From: Narcine bancroftii
Taxonomy: Eukaryota
NCBI RefSeq assembly: GCF_036971445.1
Contig: NC_091473.1
Location: 250,294,001-250,358,000 of the forward strand
Direction: 5' to 3'
DNA length: 64,000 nucleotides
The stretch's first letter is position 1; every line of letters begins with the position of its first letter. Below, piece after piece: positions 35,566 to 48,197 of the stretch. Under the pieces are notes generated by a model, which did not search any database, was not told where the DNA came from, and was given only the letters and a program-made list of their open reading frames with translations. A program made the position numbers and the translations under genes.

Positions 35566-36544
35566 CACACATGTCAAACTCTGGCCCGCGGGCCAAATTT
35601 GGCCCGCAAGATCATTTCAAAAGTGTATTAGAGGTGGCCCGTTGGCCGCCGCGCCAGAATAGCGCATGCACAGTAATACTATAAATCCCAGAATGCATTG
35701 GTGTCAGCCCGCTAATCGCCCCCACCTCCTCTGTTTATGTTGCAGGGTCTCACCGTGGACTCTGGTTTTGGGGCCTGGCTGGTGTCAGGGGAAGCCAAGG
35801 CCGCTTCCCAGTGCCCGGAACCGGAGGCCTCGGGCCTGACCTCGCCAGGACCGTTGCCCACTCCCCCTCCCTGCCGCAGGCAGACCCGCGACTCACGGTG
35901 ACGGGGCCGCTGATCCGCCGAGATGCCCCCGCACTGTTGTTGTCCAATCCGATCGCCCGCAAACCCCGCCCTCCCGCACACAGGCCTAAGTAAGTATTAT
36001 GAACTTTAATCTCAGGATAAAACGCTCTTCCAATAGTTTCATGTCACAGTGATAAATATATTCCTGGTTAAAAATGGTCCTGCACCTGGATACAAGCTCA
36101 TTAGGCATAAAACTTGAAAAGTGTGTAAATCAAAGGATATCTGTACCAATGGAAAAAGGGCATGGCAAATAACCCTGCTAGAGTTCATGCCCACAATCAG
36201 TCACCCATTGGATTGTTTCAGGAATCATGTTATTCTCCCACATTCTAAATAGCCCTCAGATTTTACTATTCGACAGCACACTAGCAACATTTGACAAATC
36301 CTCTACAGAGAAATATTATTTATTGAATATTTTATTTCTCATTTGTTAATGCTTCTGGAAAGAGTTTATCCAAAACTATTATTAAACATTTATTTTAATA
36401 AGAAAAAGTTTAACATTACATATGTTGAAAGAAGAGAAAACATGCAGATGTTGTTGAAAATTTTCAATAAATATTTAGTTCGGCCCTCGACTTAGTCCAA
36501 GTTTTTAATTTTGGCCCTCCGTGAATTTGAGTTTGACACCCCTG
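35566..36544. mobile_element. Non-autonomous hAT (Charlie-like) DNA transposon
   Basis: Termini CACACATGTCAAACTC / GAGTTTGACACCCCTG, perfect 8-bp TSD GTTTAAAC (35558-35565 / 36545-36552), subterminal GGCCC motifs. Confidence 0.9.
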
Positions 36545-37079
36545 GTTTAAACGGTGTAGACATTTTCTTTACAAAAAAACAGCCATTTAAGAATATGAGA
36601 ACAGCAGGAAAAAAATATTGTCCTTCAATACCACACAAAACTATTGCTTTTTCAGCTATTCATAAAACATCAATGGACAGAGAACCAGATCAGGCCTTTT
36701 TCTCCATTTATAACCTGGAACCAAATCCAGATAATTAACCTTCTCTTTGAAGACCTCACTAATTTGGGTACCTTCTCTGAGCATCACATTACTAAAATTG
36801 GTTCTCCAATGCATAGATTGCACCCACACACACAAAAATCAGACTGATGTGACGCATCTAATATGATTTTTGGTTGCAAGTGAGGAAAGAAAAGACCAAG
36901 AATCCAAGGAAATCTCATTAAAAAATATAGGTATTATCATACATTTAGTATCTAGTTGAATTCACCTAACGTGTTCAATGGGGCATCGGAATTACAATGG
37001 AGTTCAAGTAGGATTACATTGCAATTCTGAATGTTTCCTTAATTATAGAAATTATACCCGAGGCTGGTGGAGAGGCTGT

Positions 37080-38035
37080 CCTCACTGGGACTGGGACTCA
37101 TCACCCCTTTCTGTAACTAGATTCTGGGCTTCCTAAAGGGAAGATAGCAGTGTGTCCAGGTTGGCAGCAAAGTGTCGAGGACCATCATCCGGAGCATTGG
37201 CCCACCACAGCGCTGTGTGCTGAGCCTGCTCCCGATCCATGACTGCAAAGCCAGATCCAGCTTCAACAGTGTAAAGTTTACCTCATTACCAAGTCAAAAT
37301 ACAAAGAGGTGAAATCTCATGAAATGGTGGAAGATCTGAGTCTAAACATGAACAAGAGGTGATTGTGGACTTCAGGACCAGGGATGACCATCCTCCCCTA
37401 CACATTAGCAGCTCAGTTGTGGACAGACTAGAGAGCAGTAAGTTCCTTAGTATCTACTTAAGAAGTGACCTATCCTGGACACACATTTCCTCATTTGTTA
37501 GGAAGATGCAACAGGAACTGCACTTCCTGAGAAGGCTGAGGCAAGCAAGGCTATTGGCCACCATACTTTCAACTTTTTGTAGCTGAAGCATCTTATCCGG
37601 CTGCATCAGTTTGTATGGTTGCAGAGGTCAATCCATGGCATCAGAAGAGGCAGAGATCACCCTCCCTCCCTATATCTATCAGTCTATCAGGATAGAGGGC
37701 TCACAAAATTGTTGAGGACCCCTATCACCCCACATGCAGCATCTTGCAATTATTTCCATTGGGAAAAAGATAGAGATATATCCAAACCAGAACCACCAGG
37801 CTGAGAAACAGCTTCTTCCCATGGACAGTGAGAATTCTGAATGACTGCTTAAATAACTCTCCATGAGTTTTACTGTTTAATATTTATTTTAGTCATTATG
37901 TAGTGTGTATATGTATCGTTTTACTGTATGTGTGTTAGATCTGTAGGTATTTTGCATTGCTCTGTACCGTGTACCAGAGAACACTTTTGTCAGGTTGTAC
38001 TGGTACAATCAGATGACAAACAAGCCTGGACTTGA
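37080..38035 (+). mobile_element. Decayed Rex/Babar-type LINE
   Basis: IVDFR..., KFL, DLSW, LHFLRRLRQ and RLRNSFFP motifs. Homologous to 32470-33290. Confidence 0.75.
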
Positions 38036-38975
38036 AAGACCATGTACTATTTTTGACTCTTTTCCACCCAACTTAAGAGTTCCACTTGTCAGATTAAATA
38101 GACTTGGATTAGAAATTTAGTTTGATCAGAGCAATGTCACAGGGTGCTAAAGGATACATTTGGCACACTTTCCTTTATCAGTCATAAAAACAGCTGGAAT
38201 ATCATGTTACAATGTACAAAGACTGAAGTACTGTGTGAGGTTCTGGTGGCCTAGTTTTGTAAGAATCCCGTAACAGGATAGGGTACAGAAAAGATGCATA
38301 ATGATGTTACCAGAACTAGGTTTGAGATACAAGGAAGGTCTGGATGGGGCAGGACCTTTAGTCCATGGAATGAAGACTATTATGAGAAACATAGAAAAGA
38401 TGGCCAGTTTTTTTTCCTAGGATAGGCGAGTCTAAAAATAGAGGGCATCCATTCAAATTGAGAGGGTAAAGATATAAAGGCCTGAGCAACAATCCTTTCC
38501 CACACAAAGAATGGTGAGTGCATGGAATTAGCTGCCTCAGGAAATGGTGGAGATTTAAGATACATTTAGACAGCTACATTGATAGGAAAGATTTAGATAT
38601 GGGCCAAAACTTAGGCAAATTGAATGAACTCACGTAAACAACTTGGTCTGTGTGGATGAACTGCCACTCTTAAAGTGAGCCTTCCTTTTATTTCCTATTT
38701 TTACTCCATACCAAAATTTATTTTATTTTGCATTTATTGACCTGTAACATTTGGGATCAAATATTTCTTGTTCTTCAGGTTTCCAGCATCTGCAGCTTTT
38801 TGATTTCTTTCCAGCAGATGGTGCTTTCTTTCAACATTCAACACTTTTCCAGCCAGCACCAGAGGACCCATCAGTTTACTCACTCAACACAGTTTGTGGC
38901 AGTTCCTTCCTTAGAACCAACTAGAGAGGGTCAACTGCAACTGGCAAGTGAGTGTGAATTTAGCCTTTCCAATTA

Positions 38976-39549
38976 CACCGGACAACAAAGATTTTGCTTC
39001 CTGAACAATTTTTGGTGTATTTTATGGATTTTGAGCTGCTGAACACAAAAATCACCGTAAAACTTTCCTATCATGTACCATTTTTTAGATATAACCTCAA
39101 ATGAAAATATTTCAAACATAAAACTATTTAGTGCAATATGCAATTGAAAATACATTTTCTGCATTCATTCTTGGACGTCTTCCCTACTGATCTTGGGGCA
39201 GTCAGTGGTGAGCATGGTGAAAGGTTTCACCAAGACATTGCAACCATGGAAGGGCAGTATCAGGCGTGCAGGACTCCATCAATGCTGGACATTGACATGA
39301 AAGGTAACAGATTCTGAGCATAAATGAAAATTAGCAAAACACGTTTAGGTCAGTTGAACTAATGCAATGGGTCAGCTTTATTATATGATTGAACACGCTA
39401 AATTCAATAAAAGTTAACTTAATGTTTCTCCAACTTCCTACACGATACAGCAAATCTGAAATTCTCTTTGTGTTCACTTTGAAGTTATCTATCATAATCC
39501 CCAAATTTTTTTCAGGAAGTAAACCTTTAAAAAAAATGGTTGTCCAGTG
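38976..39549 (+). mobile_element. Internally deleted Chapaev3-type (CMC) DNA transposon
   Basis: TIRs CACCGGACAAC / GTTGTCCAGTG with 3-bp TSD TTA (38973-38975 / 39550-39552). Transposase remnant CNMQLKIHFLHS/LDVFPTDLGAVSGEHGERFHQDIATME at ~39130-39270. Confidence 0.8.
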
Positions 39550-40304
39550 TTATTTTTGGATTTCACTGAAGATGCTGTAATTCCAAGGTTAAATTATATC
39601 AACAGAATATCTGACTGCACATTAAATGCCCTCATAATAATCAGTAAATGCATTAATTTGGAAACACTGATTATCTGAAATCACTTGAGTTGCTGTTGTA
39701 GTTGGATCAGTTTTAGATATTTAGCACAGGAGCAGGACCAATAAACCCAGGATCTTGTTCATCATCGTATACTTAATTACACTGATCTTGACATTAATTC
39801 AAAACATTGATCAGGAATAGAATTAGGCTATTCAGCCTATCAAGTTCCCTCCAACATTCAAATCATGGTTGATGTATTTATTCTTTCAACCCCATTCTCC
39901 ACCCTTATTCCATTACCCTTGGTCCCCTCTTCTCCCCAAATTTTCATCAATTTCCCCAGATTCTACCACTCACCTGCACACTGGCAGCAGGTTATTGTGA
40001 CCAATTAATCAACCAATCCACAAGTGTTTAGGACATAGGATGGAAATGGAGCACTTGGAGGATAACCACATGGCCACAGAGAGAATGTGAAAACTCCACA
40101 GGTAGTGCCTGAGGTGAGGATTGAACTAGGGTCTCTGCCACTGTGCATTCCAACCCCTTTAATGGTGTTCTAAACAGCACCTTACTCAATTTGTGTATCA
40201 GATGATTGTAAATTAAAGCAACACACTCACTTTAGCTTATCAACAGTATTAATATAAAAGCATTTATGATTTTCATGTTTTTACTTCAGAAAGGTAAAAA
40301 AAAT

Positions 40305-40310
40305 TTTAAT
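40305..40310 (-). terminator. Candidate SNRPE polyadenylation signal ATTAAA
   Basis: TTTAAT on the + strand, about 60 nt downstream of the stop codon. Confidence 0.45.
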
Positions 40311-40369
40311 CAACTTAATGAAACACTCAAAATATAATCTAAAGAAATGATTTCATTGAGAGGGCATTC

Positions 40370-40425
40370 TTAGGTGTGGACACTCTGTAGTAAGGTGATG
40401 TTATCCCCTTTCAGCATTACGCGAC
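40370..40425 (-). CDS. SNRPE: Sm protein E, exon 5 (GRVMLKGDNITLLQSVHT*)
   Basis: CAG acceptor, 56 nt, Sm2 motif, TAA at 40372-40370. Exons total 54+27+63+79+56 = 279 nt = 92 aa plus stop. Confidence 0.97.
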
Positions 40426-40689
40426 CTGCAATTAAAAAAAACAGAAATGGCCTTTAAGTATTCAACCACTGTTATAATATATTCTCTGTTATAATATATA
40501 CTACTGTATGCTGTTTAGTAGGAGTACAAATCATTACTGCTATCAGTAGAGCTCACAGGAAATGAAGATCAATTACCTCACAGCTGCTTCTGAACAGAGA
40601 TACATTCAAAATGATTTCATCATAAAAATGTAAAAGTGAGAATACGTATTTTTATTGGATGTTAATGCTGGAAATACGAGTATGTTTAC

Positions 40690-41700
40690 AACACGACCAC
40701 TAGAAGTGTGATATTGAGGAAAGCAGGATATAGATCAGATGGAAAATTGGGAAGAGGACTGGGATATGGAAATCAATCCACATAAATGCAAAGTGACGTG
40801 TTTGGAAAAGAAAATAGGGGTAGGACAGAGATACTAAATGGGAGAACACAAAGGAATATGCTTTCCTTAACAAAGACGATGTTCAAATCCATTAGTTCCA
40901 TTAAAGTGGCAATGCAGGTACATAGGATGGGAAAGAAACAGGATAGAAGTTGGTACATTATGTTGCAAATTTACAAACATTAGTTAATCTGTACTAGGTA
41001 CTACAGATAGTCCCCGACTTACAATTTTCCAAAGTTACGATGTTAGAATCATACTGTACTTTGGCTAGGTTATGATGTTCAGTGTCTCCCCACAGCCCCA
41101 TTGTCCTGCTCTCTTCCATCAGCCCCCACACTGATCCCACTGCCTCACGCTCTCCCAACAGCCCCGTGTCGGTCCCTACACTGATCTCACTGCCCTTTTT
41201 TGACTTAAAATTTTTTTTGACTTACAAAGGGAGTGCTGGAACATAACTCCATCGTAAGATGGAGTTACACATTATGTAGCGTTGCTTTGGAGAGAGTGAA
41301 AAGATTCACCAAGATGTTGCCTACAGTGGAGAATTTTAGTTATGGAGAGAAATTACACAAGTTGGGCTTACTTAGCCTGAAGCAAAGCAAGTTGAGGGGT
41401 GACCTGATAGAAGAATATAAAACTATGAGAGGCATAGAATAAGACCGTTAGCAAAAATCCCTTTTTAATGGTAGGGTGTCATCAACAAAAAGAGAGAAGA
41501 GCTTTTAAGGTGATCTAAGGAGCAAGTTTTTATTAAACTGAGAGTTGAACATTCTGCCAGAGATGTGGTGGGGAATCAGATATTTAGACTGCCAAGGCAT
41601 AGGACACGGACTTAATGTGGGCAAATGGGATGAGTGAAGATGGGAAAAAAGTTAGCATTGACACAGTGACCTAAAGGGTCCTTTCTTGTAAGCTGTTCAA
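40690..41700 (+). mobile_element. Decayed CR1 fragment interrupted by a Tigger-like MITE (~41004-41265)
   Basis: ALERV.RFTKMLP...SYGEKL.KLGL...LRGDLIE motif. The MITE starts TA-CAGATAGTCCCCGACTTAC. Confidence 0.65.
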
Positions 41701-42879
41701 TTCCATGGATCTACTGAATGGAAATTGTTTGTCAGCATTTAGCAATGAGTCAGCAGGTTGGTCTAAAATTCTGTGAGATCTTGATGGAAACTGTTCCACA
41801 TTTCAATAGCAGTGAACAAACACACTTCAAGGGCAATGCGTTAGTCACCGGGGTATTAAAATGACTGAAAATCTTTAGCTGCATGTATGTTCCAACATTC
41901 ACCAAGAGGGAAGCTATCAACATTGGTGAAAGGGTTTGAGGCAAGCAAAATTAACAGGCATCTCTTGTAAAGTGACTAAGTTAACAATGACATTTGATGT
42001 TTTTAATGAAAAGACTTGTTTTACTATAGAGTGAGAAGAGGAAATATAACAACATAGTTCAGGGCAACACAGAGCATTTCAAAACCAATTGTATTTAATC
42101 GTAAAGCATAATGACTCTGAGGTCATTAGAAAGAAAATTACTGAACCATTAGCTAACCTTGTTTACAAACAGAAAGATTGTAAAGCACTTCTCCAAATAG
42201 CAAATGAAAACCTCAACATGTAAACACCTAATTTCAAAGGTGCCACCTCGCACCCTCAAGTCTAAGTTAACACTTCAGTGCATTATTCAGTAATCGATTG
42301 CTGCAGCCAAACCTTGACAAGGACTCTTAGATGAAAGCGTTGCCAAGCTCTGAAATCAATATACACTGACAGATACATCGACTACCATCATTTAGATAGC
42401 AAAGGTCAGGGTGCAAGTGAGGGATGCACTTTGAGGAGGAAAAAACATCAGAACCCACAGCAGATCCAAAACACAGGATGGTACTGTTAGCATAGCAGTT
42501 AACACAACGCTATCATGGTGCCAGCTAACTAGGTTCTGATTACCACTGCAAAGAATTTGAACATTTTCTCTGTGTCTGTGAGGTTTTCCTCCCATGTTTC
42601 AAAGATGCATGAAGTTCGGTTAATTGGTCACATGGGTGTAATTGGGTGGCCTGGGCTCATAGGCCGGGAAGTCCTGTAATTGTGCAGTATCTCTAAATTA
42701 AAAGATCCTTCTCATGATTCAGAATTTGCTCCAGAGGTCAGGCTTATCGAGCTAAATACTTCGGCATTTGTGATCACTGGAACCAAAATGCTCTCCCACT
42801 GAAACCCAAGTTTTCTGGCCAGGCCCATTTCTCAATGTAAGATCTAATATGGATCCTTCTCTCATTAGATGATCTATGT

Positions 42880-43666
42880 TTTTTTTCTTTGGCTTGGCTT
42901 CGCGGACGAAGATTTATGGAGGGGGTAAAAAGTCCACGTCAGCTGCAGGCTCGTTTGTGGCTGACCAGTCCGATGCGGGACAGGCAGACACGATTGCAGC
43001 GGTTGCAAGGGAAAATTGGTTGGTTGGGGTTGGGTGTTGGGTTTTTCCTCCTTTGCCTTTTGTCAGTGAGGTGGGCTCTGCGGTCTTCTTCAAAGGAGGC
43101 TGCTGCCCGCCAAACTGTGAGGCGCCAAGATGCACGGTTTGAGGCGTAATCAGCCCACTGGCGGTGGTCAATGTGGCAGGCACCAAGAGATTTCTTTAGG
43201 CAGTCCTTGTACCTTTTCTTTGGTGCACCTCTGTCACGGTGGCCAGTGGAGAGCTCGCCATATAATACGATCTTGGGAAGGCGATGGTCCTCCATTCTGG
43301 AGACGTGACCCATCCAGCGCAGCTGGATCTTCAGCAGCGTGGACTCGATGCTGTCGACCTCTGCCATCTCGAGTACCTCGACGTTAGGGGTGTGAGCGCT
43401 CCAATGGATGTTGAGGATGGAGCGGAGACAACGCTGGTGGAAGCGTTCTAGGAGCCGTAGGTGGTGCCGGTAGAGGACCCATGATTCGGAGCCGAACAGG
43501 AGTGTGGGTATGACAACGGCTCTGTATACGCTTATCTTTGTGAGGTTTTTCAGTTGGTTGTTTTTCCAGACTCTTTTGTGTAGTCTTCCAAAGGCGCTAT
43601 TTGCCTTGGCGAGTCTGTTGTCTATCTCATTGTCGATCCTTGCATCTGATGAAATGGTGATGAAAT
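42880..43666 (-). mobile_element. Young 5'-truncated RTE-clade LINE in SNRPE intron 4
   Basis: Uninterrupted ORF (KISVYRAVVIPTLLFGSESW...LRWMGHVSRM...C..C.R.C.SRIGLVSH), CpG-rich, 12-bp TSD GATGATCTATGT (42868-42879 / 43667-43678). Confidence 0.92.
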
Positions 43667-44862
43667 GATGATCTATGTACCATTTCAAGAACCACCCCCC
43701 TCCCCCCGCCCACCTTCCTGCCCTATCCAAGCCCCTTACACGAAGGATGTCCCAATCAATATTGGTGAAGCATATTCATCCACCACGACAACTCTTGCTT
43801 TTAAAAAAAATCTTTCCCTTATTTGCCTACATGTATATATATTTTTATTTTTAATTTATACATTCAGCAACATAACAGGCCCGTTCAGCCCACGAGCCCA
43901 TGGACACCCAATCAATCTGTAACCCCCGGTCTATTTTTTGAAGGGTGGAAGCAAACTGGAGCACCTGGGGAAAACCCACAGACACGGGGAGAACCTACAA
44001 GCCACTTACATACAGGGCAGGATTTAAACCCCGGTCCTGGTTGCTGGCATTATAACAGCACTGCCCCAAATGCTAATCTAACCATGCTGCCCAAATCCGT
44101 TCCTCTATCTCCTGCTGGATTTGCGAAGCCTATAGTAAAATTCCAACATAGCCTATAGTAAAACTCCAACCTCTTTTAGTTCTGAGCTCATACATAGAAC
44201 ACAGAACATAGCGCAGTACAGCACTTGAACAGGGTCTTGAGCCCATGTGTCTGTACCAAAAACAGTGCCCACATTAAAATGCTGTTGCCTGTACTTGATA
44301 GATATCCCTCCATATTCATGTCTATCTTGAAGCCTCTCAAATACTTCCATTGTATCTGCTTCTACCACTATTCCTAGCAGCCCGTTCCAGGCAAGAGTGA
44401 TCATATACCTGATGAGAGTTTCATGACGGGGAACGTCACTTCATACCGATATCAACGTTCCAGGTCCGTGACCAAATTATTATAACTACAAGCATCCGAG
44501 GAACACATCAAAAGGTACAGACAGTCTTATTCCCAAATGACATCTCTGCAGGTGACAACTTCCACATATTAAGTACCAATTAGGGACACTGGACCTGAGC
44601 AACCTTTTGTCTTGCTATCCATAGAATGGAAAGTAACTGTATCATCATTTCCCAGCCACAATGCTGCTTGGAACTAATCAAGTTAATCAAATATTACCTC
44701 ACTAGCCGCTACACATGGAGAGAGGGAGAGAAGATATATTCATTTAGAGAAACACCATTTAGTTAATCTCAAGGATTGACAATTTAAAATGGACCACTTT
44801 ATTTTAATGTATGGTTTAAATGGATAAAGATATGTTCTAAAAGTTTATATCAGTCTCCTTAC

Positions 44863-44941
44863 CCAACGGCTTTCTTGCTTTTGATTTCATGTGAATTTCT
44901 TCTGCATCATCCAAAACAAGGTTCATGTATTCATCAAATCC
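44863..44941 (-). CDS. SNRPE: Sm protein E, exon 4 ([26 protein letters not shown])
   Basis: AG/GTAAG boundaries, 79 nt, Sm1 motif. Confidence 0.97.
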
Positions 44942-45812
44942 CTAAAAAAAGAGGAATTAGTTACCTGTAACAATATAGAAATCCCAAATTCATAGAGCAG
45001 CTGGTTAATGAAAACCAGACTGAAACCCAAAGTCACCTCAGGCTGCAATGGCATCAGGTGTGCTCCAGTGTTATGCACCAAACTAATAGATTTTAAATAA
45101 GAGGCTTCTACCTTCTCAGTGTTCATATATCAATGGAGAACCAAGCAGGTTCTTGCTTATTTTCTCAGCTGTTTCCTTCTGCAACCGGACAGACATGAAT
45201 GCCTATATTTGTGTGTTGATTAGTGACATTAGTTGAAATAGAATCAGTCATTGATGCTTGTATAATTATTGTAATTTATTCATATTCTGGGATTAACATC
45301 CACAAATCAAATCAATTACTTTTTCTAAGAAAGAAGAAAAATAATAGGATGTTAAATATTCAAAGTGTTTATTTTTTAACAAAGGTTGAGAGAGAAATAG
45401 TTAACAAGCCATTAGGGTACCAATAGTTCTGTTCTATCTAATAACCATCCATACGGGTAGGCAGCACATTGTCTTAACACTTTTATAAACAATCCCAGGT
45501 TAAGAAACTGATTTTTTTTTAAATTTAAATGCTGAGAATCTGTAGCAACTGAATACAAACCATGAGTTAACTCAACAGGTAAAAACACTCATCTCAAGTA
45601 TTAGCCCTTACAGATGCTCATTGATCTCCAGTAAGTCCAAATGTTTCTGGGGTACATCCAAATGAAAACATAGCTCTTTCCTCCTTTTTAAAATATATAG
45701 TAAAATCCCACAGCACAAATATCATAAACGTACATATCGAGAGATCAATTACTTTTCAAACGTAACTGCGTCTTTCTCACCAGTAAGTCCTTCCTACTTT
45801 TCGGACAATCTA

Positions 45813-45932
<120 letters not shown>

Positions 45933-46039
45933 TTATATTAAAAAAAAAAGGCATTTTAAATGAGAAATAAAATTTGAAAAAATTGAGATTTCTGCTGTAG
46001 CAAAGCAGGAGCCCTTTAGCACTACCCTCAAGCATCAGC

Positions 46040-46600
46040 AAAATATGTGGGAGTTGAGTTTTTAAAAAATGGCAGCACTGCTGAAGAGGAGAGACAGAGT
46101 TCATCTGTAGGGTCCTACCGCCCGGTCCAACTACAGATGGCTCCAATACAGGCTTTAATCGACCTGTTGAAGGTGGTTAATTTTAAAATCTTGCAACCAC
46201 AGGGTCTGAGCCCAAGATAGGGGCACCTATGATTGGCAGCAGCTTCGAGGGGTTACAGACTCAGGGGAAGCAGATGACTGGCGCAGGGGCACCAGAAGAG
46301 AGATGACCCTAAGGGATGGTGACCATAGTGGCAGACCAGTGAGGGACTCTGTAGCCGAAGAACTCACGGCCGGTGACTTGAGGGAGGACCCACGCAGGCT
46401 GCGGGCTGCTAGCGACTGAGGTCAAAGGACTCACACAAGGCTCCGAACTGTTGGAAACTGGCTGAAGGGATACCAGGTATCGATCTGGAATGTGAAAGGG
46501 TGCAGAGGGCACTGAAGGTTTCCTGATCATGTTGGAGGCTTGGATCTGGAGCTCGGGTTGCCAATGGTTTAGACTAAAGTCTATGTGGCTGTGGGAGGTG
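46040..46600 (+). mobile_element. Unclassified interspersed repeat, followed by a Rex/Babar fragment (~46600-47095, -)
   Basis: Homologous to 25810-26590 (-). Confidence 0.55.
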
Positions 46601-47731
46601 AATCAGAATCAGAATATTCAAGTCATGAAATTTGTTTTGCAGCAGTATCACAGGGCGAACATTCATATTATAACCATCTTAAACGTTACTATTAAAAAAA
46701 AATAATAGTATACAAAAGGTAAGGCCGTGTCTTTGGTTCATTAATTATTCAGGAATCTGATGGCAGCAGGGAAGCAGTCATTGTGCTGTTGAGTGCTCGT
46801 CTTTAGACTCCTGTACCTTTCTCTTAATGGGAGCAGAGTGAAAGGGTGTGGCCTGGGTGGTGTGGGGTCTTTAAGGTCAGAGGATGCTTTTTTTTTTATA
46901 AAGACACGACCTCATGCAGATATCCTTGATGGAATCAAGTCTGGTGCTTTGATAATGCAGGACGAGTTTATTCTTGTCCTGAGAGTTGCCGCCTCCATAC
47001 CAGGTAGTGACGCAACCAGGCAGAATAATCTCCACGGTACACCAGTAGAAGTTTTTGGTGACATACCAATCTCCTCAGCTGGCGAGCCTTTGTGATTCCA
47101 TGGACATTCAATAGCCCCATTTCCTTGTCCCAGGAATTAACAAGGTCCAGTGGAAAAAAAAAGCACTCAGCAGGCCAGCATCACATGATGTCAAATCACA
47201 CCACGGATTGATGGCCTCGACCCCTACTCATATCCCCAAAATCAGCTGACACTGGCATCCTGATTAAACCAGTGGAAAAAGGACAGCAGAAAGTCATCCA
47301 TTTCCAGTTGAAGGTAGACTCTCCTATCCCCGGAGATGAATTGTGTTCAGTGGAAAAGCAGTCAGTGTCCCAGATAAAGGTGGCCTTGTAGAAACAGCAC
47401 AAAGAGCTTCTTATCCCAGGACACTGCATGGCCAATTAATGGGATGCCAATAGGAAAAAGGGGCGGAGGGGGTGGAGCCTCTCTTCTGTTTTTCTTTCTC
47501 TAATTGTAACTGGAAGAGGCACCTGATTTCTGCTGATGGTGAATCTGTTTGCCTTATGGCAGACTAAAACAATTATGTGTAATATTACACCTACTCTATT
47601 ACTTGACAATAAAGTTTTCTTCAAACCAAATTTAGTTAAGTCTGACATCTACAAGATTTTAAGATTTATGTCATTGCTAAATAATGCCACCAGGATCAGT
47701 TGTAAACTCCACAGCTCTGTAATAGCAACAC

Positions 47732-48120
47732 TGTAGCAGCTGTGTAGCGGGCCAAGTGGGCGCACAGCACGGCAATGCGAACTGTCGCCGGCACGGTTCT
47801 GCAGGCGTGCGGAATCCTAATACGAAGGTCTGCCTACCTACCTAATGGACCGCACACGAGGTAAACTGAGTGCCGGGGAATGGCACGGTGAGTTATTGAG
47901 TCTCCTGCAGGAAGGCGCGGGACACTTACAAGGCTAGATTTCAACCAGCCGGTCCCGTGGATCAGCACCAATCTCATAGTGACGACCCACCTTGTCCCGT
48001 GGAACCCGGGACACACAGTCTATAAAAGGAGTCTGTAAACCCTGAATAAATCAGTCTTGAGTTGACTGCTCTGGCATGTGTTTGTATTTCTTTAGTAGCT
48101 CTACCGTAGTAGCCGCTACA
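47732..48120 (+). mobile_element. Solo LTR (probably Gypsy-type), antisense in SNRPE intron 2
   Basis: TGTAGCAGCT...AGCCGCTACA (9/10 terminal IR), TSD ACAC (47728-47731 / 48121-48124), TATAAAA 48021-48027, AATAAA 48045-48050. Confidence 0.88.
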
Positions 48121-48170
48121 ACACTACAATATTTAGCTGTACCAAAAATTAAAACATATACAGTACTTAC

Positions 48171-48197
48171 ATTCTGAAGGTATCTGAAAATAAGGTT
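48171..48197 (-). CDS. SNRPE: Sm protein E, exon 2 (NLIFRYLQN)
   Basis: 27 nt with CAG acceptor and GTAAG donor. Confidence 0.96.
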
